From IMG/VR virus record IMGVR_UViG_3300048913_000302, positions 62,001 to 116,380 of that record: 54,380 nt of DNA; one strand, given 5' to 3'. This document shows, piece by piece, positions 46,711-54,380 of this stretch. Below the pieces are notes generated by a model. That model worked only from the letters and a program-made list of their open reading frames with translations, made no database searches and was not told the origin of the DNA. Source of the DNA: an uncultured virus (IMG/VR IMGVR_UViG_3300048913_000302) (taxonomy: Duplodnaviria > Heunggongvirae > Uroviricota > Caudoviricetes). The position numbers and the translations under genes are program-made. Position 1 is the stretch's first letter. Each line of letters starts with the position of its first letter.

Positions 46711-46761
46711 CGGCATACAGGAGCAGGCGCAAGCCTGCTCCTGTAGCTTTCTTTTTTTTTT
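46711..46761. terminator. Bidirectional terminator
   Basis: TACAGGAGCAGGC-GCAA-GCCTGCTCCTGTA with a T-tract on + and TATGCCG on -. Confidence 0.9.
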
Positions 46762-46763
46762 GT

Positions 46764-47081
46764 TTATCGACGTGAGGTGATGTTGAACTTGGTACCTTTG
46801 GGCAATACCAACTTCCCAGCCAGCGTGTTGATCATCGACTCACGCGTCATGCTGATTTCATCGATTCGGTAATCACTGCCTTCAAGGAAACGCACGTCAC
46901 AGATGTTTTGGCTGTAGTTGACGACATTACCAACTTCAGACAGGCTCTCTAAGACCCTACGGACGCCTTCAGAAGCGTTTGGAGCGTCCATGTATACAAT
47001 GCCCCCAGTTCCACGTCCAGTGAGCGCTAAGTCGCCTTCCAGCTCCTTCAACGCACAGAGCAGTGTTTGTTGTGCAGACAT
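46764..47081 (-). CDS. Hypothetical protein
   Basis: 105 aa with AGGGA RBS, between two terminators. Confidence 0.6.
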   Translation of the reverse strand: MSAQQTLLCALKELEGDLALTGRGTGGIVYMDAPNASEGVRRVLESLSEVGNVVNYSQNICDVRFLEGSDYRIDEISMTRESMINTLAGKLVLPKGTKFNITSRR

Positions 47082-47107
47082 GTATGATCCCTTCCCTAAT
47101 CACGTAA

Positions 47108-47146
47108 ACAAAAATAAAGCCCACACTGCGCCGAAGCGCAGTGTGG
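47108..47146 (-). terminator. Terminator of the sheath-tube operon
   Basis: CCACACTGCG...CGCAGTGTGG hairpin with a T-rich tail on the minus strand. Confidence 0.8.
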
Positions 47147-47162
47147 TGCTCCTGGTCAGCCC

Positions 47163-48029
47163 TTACGGACGAACCATGTTCGACTTCATGGCAGTGATCT
47201 GCTCTTGGAAGCCAGTCGGTACTGCCGCGGTGTTGGCGTCGACAGACTTCACAGCGGTCTGCTGGTACGACGGATCGATACCAGTGACACGAACAGCATC
47301 CATGAAGCCTTGTGCCAGCTTCTCGACAGCGTAGCCCACTTTCTGCCAGCCTGCCCATTGCAGGTTGTAGGTGCGGGTCTCACCGGCTTGTTGCAGAACA
47401 CGTTGACCAGTGTCCTCGCCGATTTCGCCGTTCGGGTAGAAGTTCGCGATCATCCACGCGTTTTCCACGTAGCGGAAGGTCTTGTCCGGTTCCCAGGCCA
47501 GGATGCAACCGGCGTAAACGTCGGCCAGCTGGTCGGTGAACTCGTTGGACACCGCCGACAACAGCGGGTGACCGGTATCCGGGTCGCCGATGAGGTAGCG
47601 GACGTAGTCCTTCAGGAAGCGGATGATCGGACGACGATCCTTCTCCACAATGGTCGACGTGATCTGCGAACGAGCGCGGCTCACGCGGCCAGGGGTCTGG
47701 AACATCTCACCGGCGTTACCCAGAGCGGTTTCTTGCGATTCCACGCTGAGCGTCTGGTTGAAGCCAGACCAGCCCTGCATCCAGTTCTCGATGATGTTCT
47801 TGTACGCAGCGATGTAGGCCTGCGCATTCGGCATCATCATCAGACCCAGAGGGATCTGCAGAACCTTGATGATCAGGTTCTTGTTGATGTAGTCGGTTGC
47901 CGACGGATAGAAAGCCATATCCGTCAGGTAACCTTGTTGACCCTGGACCGCGAGGTTCAGGATGGTGGTTTGAGCGGTAGAGGCCGACCCTTTGTTGGTC
48001 AGCGTATCCTTGTACCTCAAGTTAGCCAT
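47163..48029 (-). CDS. Tail tube protein (phiKZ gp30-like by synteny)
   Basis: GAGGA RBS before ATG 48029 (MANLRYKD), overlaps the sheath stop, strong codon bias. Confidence 0.75.
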   Translation of the reverse strand: MANLRYKDTLTNKGSASTAQTTILNLAVQGQQGYLTDMAFYPSATDYINKNLIIKVLQIPLGLMMMPNAQAYIAAYKNIIENWMQGWSGFNQTLSVESQETALGNAGEMFQTPGRVSRARSQITSTIVEKDRRPIIRFLKDYVRYLIGDPDTGHPLLSAVSNEFTDQLADVYAGCILAWEPDKTFRYVENAWMIANFYPNGEIGEDTGQRVLQQAGETRTYNLQWAGWQKVGYAVEKLAQGFMDAVRVTGIDPSYQQTAVKSVDANTAAVPTGFQEQITAMKSNMVRP

Positions 48030-50103
48030 TGGCAGTATCCTCGTTGCGGCGACGTTGGGCGATGATGGCCAGGTTCTCCACGCCGCGCAGACCTTCACCT
48101 TCCATGTTGATGTCGAGGTGCCATGCGGTACCCATCGCCTCATCCAGCGCGGTGTAGTACGCGTTCGGCGTCACGTCAACACGACCGTCGTAACGGTCAG
48201 GGTTGGTGGTCTTCGCGATGACGCGGCGTTCTACTTCTTCCAGGAACGCATCGTCTTCCAACTGATCGTCACCTGCCAGTTCACGCCAGACGATGTGGCC
48301 GATCCGGGTGAGGTTACAGATGATGACCACGTTCAGGTAACTGTGCAGTACCGAAGTGTGGTCCTCGTGGATCGACTGCACGCCCAGCCAGGCCAGACGA
48401 GACATGTCGTACTCGGTGGCGAGGTTCAGACCGTTGTCCCAGTCGTTCACACGCACATCGTCGTCGCGGAAGACGGCGTTGTGGTCGCGGTAACGAGTGA
48501 TGATGGTCTTCTCGCCACGGCCGAAGGTGAACTCGCTGGTCATCGAACCGGAGTCCGAGCTCAGGTACTTGGCACCGAGGATGCAGAGGTATTCCAGGAA
48601 CGGAACCAGCTGATCGTAGTCATCCTCGATCAGATAACCGGCGTTCGGCACGAGGCAGAAGCGCATGGCTTTGGTACCGAACTCGGCGGATTCCTGCATG
48701 GAGCGGAAGGCCGAACGCAGAGCCACGCCGATCGAGGAGTCCTCGGCCGAGGTGTTGATGCGCTTGGACACGTCCTGGGTGCAGCAGTGGATCAGCACGT
48801 CTGGACGGATCTGGTGGAACTTGCCGAACTTGATCTTGGTAGCCAGCGGGAAGCCGGAATCCCAGACCGAGTCGTACGGCATGCGCGCGATCGACTTGAA
48901 CGGAATCGGCGAGTTCTCGATGTTGGTCAGCAACTCGTCAACCAGAGTGTTGTAACCTTCTGGGGTCAGAGTACCGTCGCTACCACCTTTGAGGTACAGG
49001 TTCGAGGTCTCGTTCAGGTACACGCCACCAGTGGTCGGACCTTCCAGCACGAACGTGTGGTAAGGGTTACCGTCCATGTCAACGCCCGACAGGAAGTTGA
49101 ACAGGTGGATGTCGCTGAAGTCTTCGCCGGTGTGCGCTGCTTCAGCTTCGGAAAGCTTGGTCAGCAACTCGGTGATGTTGGCATCGTAAGCGAACGCCTT
49201 TTCCATCGGACCGAAACCGGTGAAGGCAGTTTCCTTCTTCGACTCGTAACGTGGCACGATGGCCTTGTCGAAGCTGTACTGCGTGCGAGTCGAGCGATCG
49301 ACCACGCCCTTCTTGAAGCTGAAGGTACAGTAGGATTCTGCAGTGATGGTACGAATCGGCGATGCGGTCGAAGCCGAGGTCGCACGTTCGATCATCTGAA
49401 TGCGGTACAGCCGAGACTTCAGCTGCTCTACCAGGCTTTCGTCCAGAGGTTCAGACGACTTGCTGGTTGGAGCCCACATGCGGAAGCCGATGTTGCTACC
49501 GCGAGCACCACGGAAGCGAGCAGCCCAGTCAGTGACCGGAACCACTTCGGACACGCTACCGTCCTTGACCGATACCAGAGCACCGGCAGCACGAGAACCT
49601 GCGCCATAGCCGTTGGTACCTTCAGGACCTGCAACGATTTCGACCACACGCCATTGACCACGGAAACCAGGAACGGTATCGCCAGTCGGGATGCGAGCGC
49701 CAGTGCCGTCGAACTTCAAGCTGCCGTCGAGGTTACGCTCGTACAGCGGGATGTCGTCGGCGACAAGGTCGAGGACCATACGGCCGGTAGCCTGCTTGGC
49801 GTCAGCAGGACGCAGACCCAGGAGCAGTGCTTTACCACCAGCTTCCAGGTGAGACTTCAGGAACTGGGTCTGGTGAGTGAAGAAAGGCGACAGCGGCTCG
49901 AGCAGGTCGGAACCGTACAAAGCCGTGGCGGTGTTGGTGTTGATGTAGCGAGCGCGGTTTTCCTCACCCCATGGCGCAAAGTCCATGAACAGTGGGATAC
50001 GGATCGGCAACGCTTCGGAAGGCGTAGCGATATTCACCGGGCTACGGTCGTCCGTCCCGCGGAAATTAACCCGCGGCAGAGAACTGGTTTGAGCGACAGG
50101 CAT
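48022..50103 (-). CDS. Tail sheath protein (phiKZ gp29-like)
   Basis: 693 aa; PLFMDFAPWG, LYGSDLLEP and VWDSGFPLATK resemble jumbo-phage sheath motifs. Confidence 0.85.
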   Translation of the reverse strand: MPVAQTSSLPRVNFRGTDDRSPVNIATPSEALPIRIPLFMDFAPWGEENRARYINTNTATALYGSDLLEPLSPFFTHQTQFLKSHLEAGGKALLLGLRPADAKQATGRMVLDLVADDIPLYERNLDGSLKFDGTGARIPTGDTVPGFRGQWRVVEIVAGPEGTNGYGAGSRAAGALVSVKDGSVSEVVPVTDWAARFRGARGSNIGFRMWAPTSKSSEPLDESLVEQLKSRLYRIQMIERATSASTASPIRTITAESYCTFSFKKGVVDRSTRTQYSFDKAIVPRYESKKETAFTGFGPMEKAFAYDANITELLTKLSEAEAAHTGEDFSDIHLFNFLSGVDMDGNPYHTFVLEGPTTGGVYLNETSNLYLKGGSDGTLTPEGYNTLVDELLTNIENSPIPFKSIARMPYDSVWDSGFPLATKIKFGKFHQIRPDVLIHCCTQDVSKRINTSAEDSSIGVALRSAFRSMQESAEFGTKAMRFCLVPNAGYLIEDDYDQLVPFLEYLCILGAKYLSSDSGSMTSEFTFGRGEKTIITRYRDHNAVFRDDDVRVNDWDNGLNLATEYDMSRLAWLGVQSIHEDHTSVLHSYLNVVIICNLTRIGHIVWRELAGDDQLEDDAFLEEVERRVIAKTTNPDRYDGRVDVTPNAYYTALDEAMGTAWHLDINMEGEGLRGVENLAIIAQRRRNEDTANG

Positions 50104-50268
50104 GGTTAACTCCCAGGAGTAAGTTCTGCGCAGAACGTCGGGGAATGGTATGGTTGCCTAACTTCAGCCGGTCGATGACCGATACGCTGGAGTTAGCATA
50201 CTATTTTTGTTTCTGCGCCAAGTACTAATTTGTAACTTTTTAACTCACATAAGTTGGAGACGCGAGCA

Positions 50269-51165
50269 ATGTTCCTTACGCCCTATCAAACCACTCCCTG
50301 TTCGCGTTACGATCTCTCGAAAACTTTCTCGGGGATCAGACGCCTTGAAATCGATTCTGCGCTGGTAACTGCTCAAGGAGCACCCGGCGTAAAGCTGGTT
50401 CCTGCGGGAGTGGATACGTTCCAACCGTACGGCCAACCGATCACCAAACTCGATTCCCCAAACCTGGAGTCTTCGGTGGTCATCGATGGTCGTTCGTTGC
50501 TGCGTGCAGACCGTACGCCAGTAAAGCTTGACGTCTACAACCATGCCGTACTCTACGGTCATCTGGTTGAGATGTGGTACACCCAGCAGAATAAAGGTAT
50601 CGCTGCGGACCTGCTGAACCTCGGCAACTTCCCAGCGAAGATCTTCATCAACTGGATCTCCGGTCCAATGGTTCGTCTGGGTCTGGAGTTTGGTCAGATG
50701 CAGCAGTTCCGCATTCTGGCTGCGGTCTACTACATCCAGTTGTTCAACCCACTGCCGGAACATCCGACGGCTGACGATCGCGAACGCCTGCTTACTCGCG
50801 CTACTCGATTGATCCCAGGGTTCGACATGGTGACCATCGAGCAGTTCCTCGGGGAAGTTCCTCGACTGAACAACATCCGCGATTTCGTCAAGTGGGTTAT
50901 CGAGAAGCTCGACACCGAGCGTCTGCACAACCTCATCGTCGATTACTTCTATTCTGCACTCGGCTTCAACTTCGGTCCTCAGTACCGTGAAGCTGTGGCT
51001 GTGGCTCTGGAGTACCCGCCTGCCTTCATGGCCATGGTCTATACCGCTTGTAAGGAACGGACCTACCAGAAGAGTGGACTCGGCAAGATCATCGAGAAGC
51101 TGATCAGCCGTGGGGACGACAAAGAGTTCATCAAGAACATGAACCACCTCACCGGGATGAAGTGA
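50269..51165 (+). CDS. Virion structural protein (phiKZ gp28-like by synteny)
   Basis: GGAG RBS, MFLTPYQTT start, divergent from the sheath gene. Confidence 0.65.
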   Translation: MFLTPYQTTPCSRYDLSKTFSGIRRLEIDSALVTAQGAPGVKLVPAGVDTFQPYGQPITKLDSPNLESSVVIDGRSLLRADRTPVKLDVYNHAVLYGHLVEMWYTQQNKGIAADLLNLGNFPAKIFINWISGPMVRLGLEFGQMQQFRILAAVYYIQLFNPLPEHPTADDRERLLTRATRLIPGFDMVTIEQFLGEVPRLNNIRDFVKWVIEKLDTERLHNLIVDYFYSALGFNFGPQYREAVAVALEYPPAFMAMVYTACKERTYQKSGLGKIIEKLISRGDDKEFIKNMNHLTGMK

Positions 51166-53792
51166 ACATGAGACAACCGGCCGACTTCCTGGTCAACGAT
51201 GCCTACCGTCGGATCTGGTGTGGACCAGGTCAGGACCGGCAGTACATCGTTGCACCCACCCGTTTCAGCCCGAGACTCGGTGCTCTGTCGAGCGTCAAGA
51301 TCGGCATGCGTGTTTACAACCTACCAACCCAAGGCGAGTTCTACCACTGTTTCATGATCGGTGATCTTCCGCCGGTTTTGGTGGGAATGGACACTATCGT
51401 CAACAAGTGGGTTGCTGTGCGTGGGCATTGCATTGCGACCTCTCTGCTGGTCGACCTCTACACCAAGCAGGGGAAACACTTCCCGACCCACCGCGCTTAC
51501 TTCCTGTACACCGGAATGGGCGCTTTGGTCATCGCATTCCTACATACGCCTAAGGTTGCCAACCTCGGTCTCGAACAACCCTACATCCGTTGGCGGTCTG
51601 GGTTGGCGATGGATGACTCGAGCAAGTACCCCTTCAATGGCGGTATCGAGATCGAGGGTATCGTTCCGACCACTCAGAACGAGTTCATCCTGTACCAGAA
51701 CATGTGGCGAGCTGCCCAGCAGAAGCAGGGTTATGCGTGGGCGTTTGTCAACGGCATGCGCGTCAAGGATATCAACCCAACAACCGCCAACTTGGGCGAT
51801 GTGATCGAATACTACCGCGATGCTACCGTCAAGGAAGTGGTCGAAGTGTTGGTCAAAGACATCCTGCCGTTTGATAGTCGGATGGATGAGATCGGCAAGT
51901 ATCTGATCACTCGAGCAGGTCTCGGTGAGACAGTCGACTTCTACGACGATATCGACATCTATCTGCTACGCTACACCAAGGCAGCGGTGTATACCGGGTA
52001 CTATTACCACTTCAACCAACCGGATTCGATTCGGATGGTGACGCATCGCGATTACGCTATTGGTCAGGCTTACCTGGCTGCGTACATCGAGTACGATCGT
52101 GATTGGACCTGGAACCATGACTTGCGCCTTGAGCTGATTATCCGCGACAGTGGGAAGAATCGTCCTCTACCGGATGAAGCGCACCACATCAAGGATCTGT
52201 TCCGTCTGCCTGAACCACAACGGATCAAGGCGATGATTGGCGAGAAGTCCATGGAGGTGTGGCAAGCTGCCGAGTTGGAAGACAGCTTCTACCCGAAAGT
52301 CATGGCAGCGCCCCAGGGTGGGATCACTCGCTTGATGGTAGAGAAGGCCTTGGGCTACAACGCCATTAGCAAGCGGATCAACAACACGCCGATCAAAGTC
52401 ACCCCAGGTACCGACAAGTGGGCTACGCTGCCTGAAGGCTTGTGGGATCGTTCGACGATTTACGAGTACGCGGCCGATGGCACGTTGCTCGGGTGGTATC
52501 TGCACGATGCGTCGTACGAATACCCGATCCGCAACAACAATACCCGTTACCTCGAAGGGTTCTACGGGTACGGTGGGGATGGTTCGTCGACTGACTTCGA
52601 TGTCGACGGCACGGTGATCGATCCGACCATGGATTACCGCTTCTACATCAGCCACATCTACAACGGTGTCCGCAAGAACGATTGGCAGGACATCACTGGC
52701 GATGAGCGGTACTACAAGATCCAAGGCGGAAAGGTGGTCTGGTACGTGGACCGTGCGAAGTTCAGCACGGCAGTTCGCAACAGCGTCGACTTCTTGGCGT
52801 ATGACCTGCAACTGAACTACCGGGACGATCTGTTGGCATTCAGCCTCAACGCCGATGAGATCCGTGTGGGTCGTGTATCTGCAGTGGGCGTGCTTGACAT
52901 TCCGTTTGGTCAGACCAACATCTGGATGAACGGACATGAGCTCGTACCGGAGATCGATTACTACTTCGAGTTCCCTGAGTTCTGTATTGTCAACAAGGCA
53001 TATCTGAAGCCAGGGCCGGTGCAAGACATCCACCTGCGTAGTCGCAGCTTCTGCAAGTCGGATATGTCGGCAAGACCTCCGGCTGAAACTGGTTTCGTGG
53101 CGTACCGGCAACTGAGTCACAACTCGCGCTACAACGTGCGGGAAGACAAGGTGAATCACGTCTGCATCGGTGGGGCGATCTACACCCGCGATGAACTCGG
53201 CTTTACCGAGGACAACCAGACGTTGCCGGAGATCGCACGTAACGGGCTGCCGTACATGGTCCAGCACCCGGTGATCAACATGCTGGGTGTAACGGATACC
53301 GACACGTACACGTTGCTCGAAGCCGCTGAGGTGATCGACAAGAAGGTGGAAGATTACCTGACTGTCGAACTTCCTCTACCAGAACAACCGAACCCTACGC
53401 CGATCGAGTATTGGTGGCAGGTGTTCAGTCCGTTCACCACGAAGCTGATCTACGACATGCTCAACGGCATTCTGCCGATGGACGAGTTCAAGGGTGAGTA
53501 CAGCGATGACTGGCTGCGTAAACGTCTGGCAGGGTACGACTGGATTCTCAAGTACGACCCAGCACTCAACGACGTAGACGAACAGTTCGTCGTGATTCAC
53601 CCGCACCCTGAAACTGGTGTGATTGAACTTAACGTGTATCAGTATCGTGTCCTTGACCGAGCGATCAAACTGTTCTTGAACAACAACGTTGTCTTGAACC
53701 GTCATCTAGTCATTGTCGAGGAAGGCTTCGAACACGATCAGCGCGACCACCCGCATCCCCACCAGACTTGGGAATCCGTAGGTCTTTCGTAA
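51162..53792 (+). CDS. Virion structural/baseplate protein (phiKZ gp27-like by synteny)
   Basis: 876 aa, beta/aromatic-rich, IWCGPGQDRQY N-terminus. Confidence 0.65.
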   Translation: MNMRQPADFLVNDAYRRIWCGPGQDRQYIVAPTRFSPRLGALSSVKIGMRVYNLPTQGEFYHCFMIGDLPPVLVGMDTIVNKWVAVRGHCIATSLLVDLYTKQGKHFPTHRAYFLYTGMGALVIAFLHTPKVANLGLEQPYIRWRSGLAMDDSSKYPFNGGIEIEGIVPTTQNEFILYQNMWRAAQQKQGYAWAFVNGMRVKDINPTTANLGDVIEYYRDATVKEVVEVLVKDILPFDSRMDEIGKYLITRAGLGETVDFYDDIDIYLLRYTKAAVYTGYYYHFNQPDSIRMVTHRDYAIGQAYLAAYIEYDRDWTWNHDLRLELIIRDSGKNRPLPDEAHHIKDLFRLPEPQRIKAMIGEKSMEVWQAAELEDSFYPKVMAAPQGGITRLMVEKALGYNAISKRINNTPIKVTPGTDKWATLPEGLWDRSTIYEYAADGTLLGWYLHDASYEYPIRNNNTRYLEGFYGYGGDGSSTDFDVDGTVIDPTMDYRFYISHIYNGVRKNDWQDITGDERYYKIQGGKVVWYVDRAKFSTAVRNSVDFLAYDLQLNYRDDLLAFSLNADEIRVGRVSAVGVLDIPFGQTNIWMNGHELVPEIDYYFEFPEFCIVNKAYLKPGPVQDIHLRSRSFCKSDMSARPPAETGFVAYRQLSHNSRYNVREDKVNHVCIGGAIYTRDELGFTEDNQTLPEIARNGLPYMVQHPVINMLGVTDTDTYTLLEAAEVIDKKVEDYLTVELPLPEQPNPTPIEYWWQVFSPFTTKLIYDMLNGILPMDEFKGEYSDDWLRKRLAGYDWILKYDPALNDVDEQFVVIHPHPETGVIELNVYQYRVLDRAIKLFLNNNVVLNRHLVIVEEGFEHDQRDHPHPHQTWESVGLS

Positions 53793-53835
53793 TCGACAGG
53801 GGAGGTAACTCCCCTCTCAATCATGGGTATTCGCA

Positions 53836-54380
53836 ATGGCTGAAACTAAACAGCAGCTCAGCAATGGCGATAGTGTCATCCTGAACGATGACCGCCGTAG
53901 CTTGCAGTTCAACATCAAGGATCTCTACAAGTACCGCGACATGGACAGCGGTAGTGAGATCATCAAAGGCGAAGGTGAGTACGTCCCTCGAGAAGACGAC
54001 AGCATCATCGACTACACCAACGGCTTCAAACGCGTGGCGAGGGTCGACCCCACCACCTTTGTTGCCGATCTGGTGGCTTGGCACATTCCTCACAACGACG
54101 ACGATGTCGATGATGAAGACAAGCTGCTGGGTGGTGGTCCGGGTAAGCTGAGCGAATCGTTCCGGGTCATGATCGACACCCGCGTAACCCCTCACCGTCT
54201 GGATATCAACTCCCGTCTGCACGCCTACGGTGAGCAGGCTGACCACATCCTGGTCTTCAACGGAACCGACGTCGACAGAGACAGCGGTGAAATCATCAGT
54301 GCCTTCTATCGCCAGAACGGTGATTACGTGGGTCCTGAGATTCCGTTGTCGCTGGCCTGGAACCCAGATCCGAACAACCG
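53836..54380 (+). CDS. Virion structural protein (phiKZ gp26-like by synteny), 3'-truncated
   Basis: ATG 53836 (MAETKQQLSNGD...) with the frame open to the window end. Confidence 0.7.
   Translation, partial: MAETKQQLSNGDSVILNDDRRSLQFNIKDLYKYRDMDSGSEIIKGEGEYVPREDDSIIDYTNGFKRVARVDPTTFVADLVAWHIPHNDDDVDDEDKLLGGGPGKLSESFRVMIDTRVTPHRLDINSRLHAYGEQADHILVFNGTDVDRDSGEIISAFYRQNGDYVGPEIPLSLAWNPDPNN

Noticed and set aside
47992..50109. 705-aa plus-strand ORF
   Set aside because: Mirror frame of the tail sheath gene.
1..54380. Stop-codon reassignment or programmed frameshifting
   Set aside because: Genes tile densely under the standard code and no core gene appears split.

Overview
This window comes from a GC-rich phiKZ-like (Chimalliviridae-type) jumbo myophage genome. 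The core genes are a PAAR protein and central spike, SbcC-like ATPase, RNase H, UvsX/RecA, three virion RNA polymerase subunits, a 2248-aa tail protein with a lytic transglycosylase domain, prohead protease, two head proteins, tail sheath and tube, and baseplate-type genes. An accessory island (about 38.2-46.7 kb) holds small genes behind a repeated ACATAG-N7-GAATCAA promoter-like motif. The most unusual part is a ~1.4 kb RNA cluster (42.55-43.94 kb). Besides tRNA-Asp and tRNA-Asn it contains a tRNA body with a circularly permuted tRNA in place of its anticodon loop, two paralogous double-T-arm tRNA-like RNAs and several other structured RNAs. Also notable are a 51-aa ORF starting with the RNAP catalytic motif ADFDGD, a NADAR-like gene, a probable spanin pair and terminators with two distinct tail types. 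Assignments to phiKZ genes rest on recalled motifs and synteny, not on database searches, and RNA folds were read by eye.
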